Shown here: one piece after another, positions 55,795-63,421 of the stretch | Numbering within the stretch: the stretch's first letter is position 1 | Layout: each line of letters begins with the position of its first letter | Source of the DNA: a virus | IMG/VR virus record: IMGVR_UViG_3300025141_000025 | Coordinates: 64,001-128,000 of that record | DNA: 64,000 bases | Reading direction: 5' to 3' (one strand) | The notes under the pieces: generated by a model | Told to the model about the DNA's origin: nothing | Database searches by the model: none | Seen by the model: the letters and a program-made list of their open reading frames with translations, nothing else | Made by a program: the position numbers and the translations under genes

Positions 55795-56136
55795 TTAAGA
55801 AAAAATTTTATTTGCGTGTGAGCATCGGTAAAAAGCGTTTCGCTTTAAAAAATTTTTACTCCGGAGAAAGGGGGCATGATTGAGCGTGCTACCAAGCGAG
55901 CCGCGCTCGCAATCCAGCACACTCACAGATTCACCGGTGGCCTCACGTTGGACGCTGGACATGTCTAGAGCGCTCTCTGGCGGCCCCAACACGCGAATCC
56001 GATTTACCCCATGGCTTGGGAGGAAAGCCCCTCCAGAACACACTCCTGCGAAACGGTAAATCCGGGCCCGATGGGCGAACAAACCGCGACAGGCGGCCGG
56101 GGTCTCGGCTTTCAGAAAGGCCGGTTCGACCGTCAT
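55795..56136 (-). CDS. Possible hypothetical protein
   Basis: ATG 56136 overlaps the upstream stop (ATGA); no recognisable motif. Confidence 0.3.
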   Translation of the reverse strand: MTVEPAFLKAETPAACRGLFAHRARIYRFAGVCSGGAFLPSHGVNRIRVLGPPESALDMSSVQREATGESVSVLDCERGSLGSTLNHAPFLRSKNFLKRNAFYRCSHANKIFS

Positions 56137-56543
56137 TCCCCTTCCAGGCCAAAAAGCGTGGCCAGCGTGGGCACCGCGGCCGCAGGGGCCGGATCGGGTG
56201 TACCGGCGTCTTCCGCCTGTTCGGCCTTGTGAAGCTTGTGATCCAGGTGGTTCTTTATCTCGTCCATATCGTCCTGCATGGCTGCCAGCTTTGACTGTAC
56301 CCACTCAGGTAGCTCGTCCTCGTCATTCAATCGGTCGTGGAGGGATTGGGCTCCCCGTGAGACGTTGAACAGGGCCGACCGGGCCATTTTGGCCGAGCCG
56401 CCGTGTCCCATGACTCGACCCTCCTCGTTTTCCGAAGTCTCGTCGGGGTGGTAGAACTCCCTGACCAATTGGCGGATCCTGTCACGGCTGCGGGCCGTCT
56501 CGGCGTCCACGCCCTTGTCGTCTTTAAAATTATTGTCTTTCAT
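56133..56543 (-). CDS. Conserved phage hypothetical protein (LPEWVQSK motif)
   Basis: KMARSAL...LNDEDELPEWVQSKL resembles a motif I recall from large tailed-phage proteins; function unknown. Confidence 0.6.
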   Translation of the reverse strand: MKDNNFKDDKGVDAETARSRDRIRQLVREFYHPDETSENEEGRVMGHGGSAKMARSALFNVSRGAQSLHDRLNDEDELPEWVQSKLAAMQDDMDEIKNHLDHKLHKAEQAEDAGTPDPAPAAAVPTLATLFGLEGE

Positions 56544-56549
56544 GTGTGA

Positions 56550-56747
56550 TTACTCCATCGGATGCGTTATCTGCAACGGAAGGTCCATGTCCAGGTCCGG
56601 GCCGCTGGCGCGCGGGGCTGAGGCTTTGGCGGCCGTTTGGCTGGCCTTGCGCTCCGCTCGTGCGTCCATGTGTGCCACCGCTGTCCACGCTAGTCTCCAC
56701 ATCCAGTACCTTCTCTCCCTGTCACTTAGGTCCATTAGATTTTTCAT
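56550..56747 (-). CDS. Hypothetical protein
   Basis: Downstream of a GATATTTA motif; GAGAG RBS-like sequence. Confidence 0.45.
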   Translation of the reverse strand: MKNLMDLSDRERRYWMWRLAWTAVAHMDARAERKASQTAAKASAPRASGPDLDMDLPLQITHPME

Positions 56748-56999
56748 AGTCTCTCTGCTCCTGTGCCCCTCACAGTGTAAATATCACCTACCCGCGTTTT
56801 TAGCGGTGCAAGATTATATGCGGCACAACGGATATGGAAACTTTTTCTAGAAATTTTTTTTGTTACAGGGCCCATTTTGAAACCGAAAACCCCCCAGAAA
56901 AAAATTTTCGAAAGAGAGGGCGGCCGAAAGTCAAAAAGTCCCGGGAATTTTTTTTGCTCTGGGGTTTAGCCCAAAGTTGGCCCTTTTTACACTGAGTTT

Positions 57000-57039
57000 G
57001 GGGGCTATTTTAGGGGGTATTTTGGGGGCTCTCTTGGGG
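57000..57039 (+). other. Four-G-tract (G-quadruplex-compatible) element in a non-coding gap
   Basis: GGGGG-CTATTTTA-GGGGG-TATTTT-GGGGG-CTCTCTT-GGGG. Confidence 0.5.
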
Positions 57040-57104
57040 CCCTCTGTGTAGCCCCCTCTATAGGGGCTCTAGAGCAGCTGTCTCACACTCCTGTTGGCCA
57101 TACT

Positions 57105-57136
57105 AAAAGGGGCCCAGTCTGGCGACCGAACCCCCT
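57105..57136 (-). terminator. Intrinsic terminator after the radA-like gene
   Basis: Minus-strand AGGGGGUUCGGUC-GCCA-GACUGGGCCCCUUUU (stem with G-U pairs, then U tail). Confidence 0.65.
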
Positions 57137-57167
57137 CGAAATTCTAGATTACCGTGTCCTGTCCGGA

Positions 57168-57914
57168 TTAGGCGCTCACCTTAGCAACCACCTTGAACCC
57201 GTGACCCTTGAGGTCCAGGTAGTAACGGTGTCCCGCTCCGCCGAACCGGTTCTTGGTCATGGTAAGGATGCGACACCCGTGAAGCTCGGACCGGATGTCC
57301 TCTTCAACAGTAAGCTCCAGCATGGAGTCCACCATGTGCTTGAGGACGTTCCTACCAGCGAACTGACCGTTCTTACCCACCTGACCGATGACGATGGCTG
57401 AGGTGTTGTGCTCCTTGCACCAGTCGGTGATTAGAGCCAACGCTCGTTCCGGGGTGCGGCTGTTGGTGGTACCGTTCTCGTACTTGCCATCATCCATGGT
57501 CTGCAGCGAGTCAATCACCAGGACGAAGCTTTTATTAGGATTAGCCGCGCGCATCTCGTCGCACTTCTTGAGGAGCGTGGGGACATGGGTCTCTTCACCC
57601 ACCGCAAATCCGTTCTTAAGTCGCAGGCGCTCGCTCGTCATCTTGACCTGGTAGAGGCTCTCCTCTCCGGTGTTGAAGACGCCGATGGAGCCGTTGCCGA
57701 CCAGGCTGTCCACCAGCTTGAGCATCATGGTGGTCTTACCAGCGCCGGGCGTACCGGTGAAAAGGGTGACAGCAGAAGGAGTCAACCCCTGTCCGCCGAA
57801 GCTTCCGTCGATATAATCCACACCGGTCTTGATTCTAGAACGTAGGGCAGCAGGTACCTTGACGTCGAGGATGTTGGTGCCAAAGTCGAATCCGTTCTTG
57901 GTGTTAAGCTTCAT
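57168..57914 (-). CDS. RadA/Sms-like RecA-fold ATPase (ATPase domain only)
   Basis: GTPGAGKTT, TGEES, VIDSLQT, LKHMVD, KNRFG signature. Confidence 0.85.
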   Translation of the reverse strand: MKLNTKNGFDFGTNILDVKVPAALRSRIKTGVDYIDGSFGGQGLTPSAVTLFTGTPGAGKTTMMLKLVDSLVGNGSIGVFNTGEESLYQVKMTSERLRLKNGFAVGEETHVPTLLKKCDEMRAANPNKSFVLVIDSLQTMDDGKYENGTTNSRTPERALALITDWCKEHNTSAIVIGQVGKNGQFAGRNVLKHMVDSMLELTVEEDIRSELHGCRILTMTKNRFGGAGHRYYLDLKGHGFKVVAKVSA

Positions 57915-57970
57915 GAGGTCTCTCTCCTATTATTTTGAAAACACTCTGTTCCCCTCCCGGGAACATGTAT

Positions 57971-57999
57971 ATTATACCACGGCTGGGGACATCTTACAC
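57971..57999 (-). promoter_or_regulatory. Early sigma-70-type promoter P1
   Basis: GTGTAA-17 nt-TATAAT with extended -10 (TGGTATAAT). Confidence 0.8.
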
Positions 58000-58018
58000 A
58001 AAAGCGCTACTATTTTAT

Positions 58019-58582
58019 CTAATCTTCTAGCGGCTTTACGCTCAACTTTTTGTGCCACTCTTCGACACCATTGACCAGCAGCTTGACGTAGGCATCTTTT
58101 AGAACTTGCTTGGCCTGCTTTTTTCTAACTGACGTGCCCCGGGAATACTGGCCCAACACCATACCGATGTCTCCTGACTTGGTCATGACCAGGTTGCCGT
58201 CACCTAAGGCAGGGTCCCATTCAATGTCGACACGCTGAATCCGTACATCGCGGTGGGCTTCACGGTTGAGGATGACAGTCTTAGACTTCACGTTCTTCTT
58301 GGACTTTTTCTTAAACCTAGCGCGCTGACGTGCCTTGTCGCGGTAGTTGTCCGGATAGTGCTCGTCAAAGAATGACTGCCACGCCGTCCGAGCCTCTTCC
58401 TCGCGGTCCAGTAACTCCTGGGGAATGGGCAAGCCGGCATTCGTTAGCTCGAACATCTCATCTGCAACCAGTTGAACTGGGCGATAGAAGCGTTCGCGGT
58501 TCTCTTCAAAGTAATCGTAGCGTGACTCACGGGCCTGCGCTAGCACGCTTTGATATTCAGAATTGGTCAATCGTCTGGGCAT
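58019..58582 (-). CDS. Hypothetical protein (C-terminal SH3-like)
   Basis: Start reassigned to ATG 58582 with GGAGAG RBS, downstream of P2. Confidence 0.6.
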   Translation of the reverse strand: MPRRLTNSEYQSVLAQARESRYDYFEENRERFYRPVQLVADEMFELTNAGLPIPQELLDREEEARTAWQSFFDEHYPDNYRDKARQRARFKKKSKKNVKSKTVILNREAHRDVRIQRVDIEWDPALGDGNLVMTKSGDIGMVLGQYSRGTSVRKKQAKQVLKDAYVKLLVNGVEEWHKKLSVKPLED

Positions 58583-58619
58583 GTAAACTCTCCTTGCCCT
58601 CCTCCCGAAGGACATTTAT

Positions 58620-58648
58620 ATTATACCACACCTACGAGCTTCTTACAC
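58620..58648 (-). promoter_or_regulatory. Early promoter P2
   Basis: GTGTAA-17 nt-TATAAT, extended -10. Confidence 0.8.
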
Positions 58649-58653
58649 AAAAT

Positions 58654-58706
58654 AAAAAAACCAATCGACTGGCCTCCGGAGAGAGTGGAAAACCAGTCGA
58701 TTGGTT
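58654..58706 (-). terminator. Intrinsic terminator after the MoxR-like gene
   Basis: AACCAATCGACTGG / CCAGTCGATTGGTT 14-bp inverted repeat plus A7 run. Confidence 0.75.
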
Positions 58707-58755
58707 GGGCAAACACGTGACCATTCGGGAGGGGCCACCTGCGGATTGACCCGGA

Positions 58756-59838
58756 TTACTTACCCAGGTCGCGAGCCTTTCGAATCAAAGTGACAATATC
58801 CTGTCCGATTCGGGAGTGCAGGCACTTGATTGGCTGCATGTTCTTGGTTGCCATCACGGCATTCCAGAGGTGAACCATCTGCTCGTCCGGCAGGCACTTG
58901 GCAAAGGCGACGACGTTGTCAGCCTCCTCTTCGCTCCAGTCGTTATTACCAGCATGGTCCACAATCTTATCGAGGACAGCCAGCGACTCGGAAGCCTTGA
59001 GAGACTCAGCAGTATCAGTGTCAACAGACCCGGACAGGACGTCCTGGACTGAAATCTGCTTTTCGTACTTGGCGATGAACTCCACGAAGGAGATGGCAGC
59101 CTCAGTACCGACAAAGCCCTGTGCCAGAGCGTACACACCATCCTGACGTGTTCCCGCCAGCGAGCTAGGCGCCCAACCCATATGTTGGAGACTGGTGTCC
59201 AACCGGTGCCAAGAGGCAGGGTTAGGAGCAACAGTGCCAGGCTCTACCGAGCCGACGTCCACACGGAGGTGGGCAGGATTCTGACGAATAAAGTCGATGG
59301 TGACCGAATCAACGGCGTTGTTCTTGGCCCATCCAATCCAATCCTCATTGGTAGGATCGAGGTCAACAGTCCAGAAACGCCGGAGCAGAGCCGGGTCCAT
59401 ATCGTTGACATCGTACTCGGCACCATGGTTGACAGCAGCGAAGATACGCGTCTCGGGGTGAAGCTCCATGGGGTTACCAGCAGCATCATTACCCAGCGAG
59501 CGATCCAGGACGACCTGGAAGAAGGCCTGTTGGACCTGCGGCATGGAGCGGTTGAGCTCGTCCAGCATGATGACCACCGGCTCGCGGCAGCCACGAACGA
59601 ACCATGAGGGGAGCACGAAGGTAGCCACACCGGACTCCTTGCTCACCTCAAAATCGGGAATACCCGTCACCTTAGACTCGTCCATGGTTGACCCACGCAC
59701 GTCGATGAAAGGAAGCTTGAGCTCCTTAGCCGCTGCTGCAGCCAGGTGACTCTTACCCACACCGGTCGGTCCACGCATGAGGATCGCGATCTGCGGGGGA
59801 AGCTGTGTTGCCAGGTTTTTGAATGTCTTGATGTCCAT
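58756..59838 (-). CDS. MoxR-like AAA+ ATPase
   Basis: GPTGVGKS, MLDELNR, AAVN, MDPALLRRF, PASW. Confidence 0.88.
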   Translation of the reverse strand: MDIKTFKNLATQLPPQIAILMRGPTGVGKSHLAAAAAKELKLPFIDVRGSTMDESKVTGIPDFEVSKESGVATFVLPSWFVRGCREPVVIMLDELNRSMPQVQQAFFQVVLDRSLGNDAAGNPMELHPETRIFAAVNHGAEYDVNDMDPALLRRFWTVDLDPTNEDWIGWAKNNAVDSVTIDFIRQNPAHLRVDVGSVEPGTVAPNPASWHRLDTSLQHMGWAPSSLAGTRQDGVYALAQGFVGTEAAISFVEFIAKYEKQISVQDVLSGSVDTDTAESLKASESLAVLDKIVDHAGNNDWSEEEADNVVAFAKCLPDEQMVHLWNAVMATKNMQPIKCLHSRIGQDIVTLIRKARDLGK

Positions 59839-59896
59839 CTAAGCTCTCTCCTATTTCGGACGTTTTCTCTTATCCCCCCTCCCGGAGGACATTTAT

Positions 59897-59925
59897 ATTA
59901 TACCACGTCTTGGGCTTCTTTACAC
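59897..59925 (-). promoter_or_regulatory. Early promoter P3
   Basis: GTGTAA-17 nt-TATAAT, extended -10. Confidence 0.8.
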
Positions 59926-60000
59926 AGAACGACTAACTTTTTTGAGAAGTAGCCTTCCAAATGTAAATAACGGCCGCAAGTCCTACAATTAATTCAAACA

Positions 60001-60390
60001 CTAGATCACCTCCAGGAGATCGCGCTTTATATATGTCTCTTCGCCTGTGACAGTACAGACGATTTTGGCCATACCAGGAGTCGGGTTGCCCCACCCCAGC
60101 CGGACCCTGCATCGTGCCCTTTCGACTTGGTACACTCTGTCACGATGAATAAGAACTCGCCTAGACTGGGGCGGGAGCTTTGTTTCACCGGCACTGGTCA
60201 TGCCTTTTGAAGCATCGGAGTCATACCACGCTGCTGTCTCTTCCGCGGTTGTAGGTCGGTGAGAAGCTACCGTTCCAGCCTCATCCATGGCGCTGTTTGT
60301 CCATGGATATTGCAGGCCGCCGCCTTGTTTTGTGGTAAAACACTTGTTGATATCAAGCCTGACGAGGCAACCTTTGGAAAGCTTTTTCAC
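60001..60390 (-). CDS. Hypothetical protein
   Basis: GTG at 60390 overlaps the upstream TAG; ORF open to 60408. Confidence 0.6.
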   Translation of the reverse strand: MKKLSKGCLVRLDINKCFTTKQGGGLQYPWTNSAMDEAGTVASHRPTTAEETAAWYDSDASKGMTSAGETKLPPQSRRVLIHRDRVYQVERARCRVRLGWGNPTPGMAKIVCTVTGEETYIKRDLLEVI

Positions 60391-60482
60391 TAACACACCT
60401 TTTCGCAAAAACGAACTGCAACACTTGCAATAAAAACCAGCCAGAACAGAACTTCAAATTTTGTTGTGGCTTCAAATTTCAT
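60390..60482 (-). CDS. Small hydrophobic peptide (30 aa)
   Basis: Not in ORF track. MKFEATTKFEVLFWLVFIASVAVRFCEKVC*, first ORF after P4, GGAGGGG RBS. Confidence 0.5.
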   Translation of the reverse strand: MKFEATTKFEVLFWLVFIASVAVRFCEKVC

Positions 60483-60508
60483 CCGGTCCCCTCCCTGGGA
60501 ACATTAAT

Positions 60509-60537
60509 ATTATACCACAGCGGGAGAAGACTTACAC
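60509..60537 (-). promoter_or_regulatory. Early promoter P4
   Basis: GTGTAA-17 nt-TATAAT, extended -10. Confidence 0.8.
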
Positions 60538-60551
60538 AGAACTGCAGTTTA

Positions 60552-60800
60552 TTAGAACCCGGGTGGCAGGTTATCAGGCCATGGACCGCCGGGCTCTGAC
60601 AGGGTTGTGGCCTTACGGGGCTCATTGTACGTATACATGTGCGCGGCATGAATGCCAGGAATCATTGCGATAATCTCGGCCTTGGGCAGTTTTTCCTGCG
60701 CAACCCCATGGGCACGTTCAGCGCCATCAGGTGCCTCGATAATACATGCAGCAACGCCGCCGGATCCCTTGAATACACAGGTAAAGGGTCGCTTAAACAT
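60552..60800 (-). CDS. Hypothetical protein
   Basis: AGGAG RBS; in operon. Confidence 0.6.
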   Translation of the reverse strand: MFKRPFTCVFKGSGGVAACIIEAPDGAERAHGVAQEKLPKAEIIAMIPGIHAAHMYTYNEPRKATTLSEPGGPWPDNLPPGF

Positions 60801-61023
60801 CGTGTTCTCCTTTTGAACAATTGGAAATCAAAATTGGTAGTCTTCGTAAGCTATTGTAATCATTGAACATTATTGTCTTTACGTTGGTATCTCTAATTTC
60901 TTTCATTTCGCCATTTTCCATTACGACAAAATTTCTACCTACCGTGGTCTCATGAATCTCTAAAACCAACAATATCCTGTCAGCTATTCGCCACAATTCA
61001 CCGGGTAGGGGATCCCAAAACAT
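60793..61023 (-). CDS. Hypothetical protein
   Basis: In operon. Confidence 0.5.
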   Translation of the reverse strand: MFWDPLPGELWRIADRILLVLEIHETTVGRNFVVMENGEMKEIRDTNVKTIMFNDYNSLRRLPILISNCSKGEHDV

Positions 61024-61037
61024 GTATTTTGATCTTG

Positions 61038-61280
61038 TTAAGCCAATATCTGCAATCTGCCTATTCTGTAAAATTCCAGCAGCATTATCTGCGACAACAC
61101 CATGATCGAACCATTAGATCGCAGCAGCTCATAATTCCAATGATTTCCATCTGAATACGAACGTCGGACATCAACAATTGTGACCGCCTCACCGGTATCT
61201 TCCAATTCAAAGTCATCGGCGCCCACCCACAGGACTTGACCTGAATCAAAGGCAGGTGAGTCTTTTTCTTCTTCGTTCAA
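61038..61280 (-). CDS. Hypothetical protein
   Basis: GGGGAG RBS, TTG start. Confidence 0.5.
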   Translation of the reverse strand: MNEEEKDSPAFDSGQVLWVGADDFELEDTGEAVTIVDVRRSYSDGNHWNYELLRSNGSIMVLSQIMLLEFYRIGRLQILA

Positions 61281-61286
61281 CTATAA

Positions 61287-62522
61287 TCACTCCCCTGCCG
61301 GCCACTTCATTCTAGCGACTGAATCCAGCTTGTCAGGGGAGAACAACAGCTTGGTGCCGGGAACCAACATCCAACACCGCTTCAACTTGGACGGCTTGGG
61401 CTTGGCTGCCTCACCATCTGTGATGATAATGTAACCGTCAAATCGATGCCTGTTCTTGTTGGCATGTTCGGTGACACAACCGAAATCGGTACCACCACAG
61501 CGTGTTCGACCGGTCTCAGGCGTACGATTCTTCTTCCACGCAGTCTCAGACTTTTCGTCAACCTCCGTGTCGAAGTGGAATGTAACGAACTCAGTCCGCC
61601 GCGACAGGTTACGAAGCTCACCAAAGGCCAGCTCCAACTCCTTGTTTCCAACCGAACCGCTCTGGTCAATGTAGACAGCGATTGAGCTGGTGTATCCTCG
61701 TTTGGCGCCGGTTGCCAAAGGCCCGTGCTCCGGGTGCATGTGAACCACGTTGACATTGGACCAGGTCGTTGTCCGAGTGCCACGCTTTGAGAATCCACAA
61801 AACTGCTTAAGGATGGCGCGCCAGTCCACTTCGGTGCTCACCATTTCGCGCAGTTTAGAGCGCATGTCACCACCAATGGAACCCCACTTACCGGTGCGAT
61901 CGGCTTCTTTCACAGCTTCCTTGACCGCCTCACGGATCTTGCCCTTGACGAGCTCCTTCTCTTCATCGGTCATTTCTCCCCAACCACCATGGTCGTCGAA
62001 GCCGTTACCCTCACCCTCTGCTTGTTCCTTGGCTTCCTCGTCCTGCATGATCTTGGTGAAGTACCACTCTTGGGACTTGTGCTTGGGAAGCGAAGCAATC
62101 AGCTTAGCCAGCGGGCTGTCGGCATTAGGAGACTCCGGGTCGATTTCCTTACCCGGGACCAGGCCACCCTCAGGCAACTCGTTCTCCGGAATGTCTGAAT
62201 TGATCGCCAGGTCAGCTGCGATGTTTGCGACATTGTGAGGCTCGAGTTTTCGCGAAGTGCAGTGCTCAAACGCCAGGTGAAAACACTCGTGCTTAAGCAG
62301 GCCCTTGATGTGATTGTCTTCAAGCGCGCTGATGAAATCCGGATTAATCAACATGTGAACGTCCGCTTCCTTCACCATCACACCGGCGGTCGGAATCTGT
62401 TCACCGAACTCGATGTTGATTCCGCGCAGGATACGGGCGAAGAAGGGCTCGTCAAACATCATCCGCAACAGGTGCGGGCTGAGCTCTTTCTTCGTTGAAA
62501 TTTTTCGGACAGCTTCGGTCAT
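61287..62522 (-). CDS. DUF2201-type putative metallopeptidase with C-terminal vWA domain (MoxR partner)
   Basis: IPTAGV, LKHECFH (HExxH), NIAADLAIN, DDHGGW, DWRAIL, YIDQSGSV, GGTDF, ITDG. Confidence 0.88.
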   Translation of the reverse strand: MTEAVRKISTKKELSPHLLRMMFDEPFFARILRGINIEFGEQIPTAGVMVKEADVHMLINPDFISALEDNHIKGLLKHECFHLAFEHCTSRKLEPHNVANIAADLAINSDIPENELPEGGLVPGKEIDPESPNADSPLAKLIASLPKHKSQEWYFTKIMQDEEAKEQAEGEGNGFDDHGGWGEMTDEEKELVKGKIREAVKEAVKEADRTGKWGSIGGDMRSKLREMVSTEVDWRAILKQFCGFSKRGTRTTTWSNVNVVHMHPEHGPLATGAKRGYTSSIAVYIDQSGSVGNKELELAFGELRNLSRRTEFVTFHFDTEVDEKSETAWKKNRTPETGRTRCGGTDFGCVTEHANKNRHRFDGYIIITDGEAAKPKPSKLKRCWMLVPGTKLLFSPDKLDSVARMKWPAGE

Positions 62523-62548
62523 TGGCTCCCCTCCCTGGGTTCACCTCT

Positions 62549-62577
62549 ATTATACCACACCCGGGGGCGTCTTACAC
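62549..62577 (-). promoter_or_regulatory. Early promoter P5
   Basis: GTGTAA-17 nt-TATAAT, extended -10. Confidence 0.8.
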
Positions 62578-62586
62578 AAAACTGTC

Positions 62587-62621
62587 AAAAAAAAGAGGGG
62601 CCGGCATCACCCGAACCCCTC
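62587..62621 (-). terminator. Intrinsic terminator
   Basis: Minus-strand GAGGGGUUCGG-GUGAUG-CCGGCCCCUC-U8. Confidence 0.75.
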
Positions 62622-62646
62622 AAAACACTATTCACCCGAACCGAAG

Positions 62647-62886
62647 TTACGCGTTAATCACGTCGCTGGACTCGCTGGAATCGCTAAGCGACTCGTTCAA
62701 GAAGGACTGAAGCGCAGTCGCCTCCTTGATAGTCATCTGCAGCTGGGTCGTTCCAACCGAATACTGCTGTCCGCTAGCTGGAAGCGTCGCGATCGTGACG
62801 ACATTGCTGCCGGCCTTCTTGGCAGTGTTATTTCGGTAGCAACCGAACTCGAATCGACTAGTTGTCTTAGTGTTGTTGTAGCTCAT
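62647..62886 (-). CDS. Small hypothetical protein (own promoter and terminator)
   Basis: AAGGAG RBS; flanked by P6 and a terminator. Confidence 0.7.
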   Translation of the reverse strand: MSYNNTKTTSRFEFGCYRNNTAKKAGSNVVTIATLPASGQQYSVGTTQLQMTIKEATALQSFLNESLSDSSESSDVINA

Positions 62887-62946
62887 AGACGTATCTCCTT
62901 ATGTGTTGTTTCGTCTTTTTTTTGTCGCCCCTTTGGACGCACGTAT

Positions 62947-62975
62947 ATTATAGCTGAACGTGAGGGCATTTACAA
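62947..62975 (-). promoter_or_regulatory. Early promoter P6 (variant)
   Basis: TTGTAA-17 nt-TATAAT. Confidence 0.7.
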
Positions 62976-63116
62976 AATTAATTCTTCTGCTTTTCGCGGG
63001 GGCTGGAGTCAAAAATTTTCCCATACTGGGCCCGGCAAACTGTACTAGTACTTCTCATGTACCGCTGCCATGTTTTTACAAAAATTCTTCTACTTTTAAC
63101 GGGGGAGAGAGGCATG

Positions 63117-63371
63117 TCAGCCGAGCCAGTCGTGGGTGGGGCGGCCAGGATTATCGGGAATTGCCTCCATCACAGCGTCAATCACCTGTGGGATCAGGCG
63201 AGCCGGTACGTGTACTTTCCATGACGGATTTTCCCAATTGGCCTTCAGCGAGCATCCGATAGAGACTACTGCCTCCGAACCCTCGCCGTAGGGGGCCTCC
63301 AAGAACTTGACGGTGATACCCGCGCGTTCCCTGTCTCCGTACATCACAACCCTAACGTCGTCTTCTGCCAT
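63117..63371 (-). CDS. Hypothetical protein
   Basis: Directly downstream of P7 with AGGAGG/GAGAGG RBS. Confidence 0.65.
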   Translation of the reverse strand: MAEDDVRVVMYGDRERAGITVKFLEAPYGEGSEAVVSIGCSLKANWENPSWKVHVPARLIPQVIDAVMEAIPDNPGRPTHDWLG

Positions 63372-63392
63372 GCCTCTCGTCCTCCTACCAAT

Positions 63393-63421
63393 ATTATACC
63401 ACAGCCACCCGGGTTTTACAC
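63393..63421 (-). promoter_or_regulatory. Early promoter P7
   Basis: GTGTAA-17 nt-TATAAT, extended -10. Confidence 0.8.
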
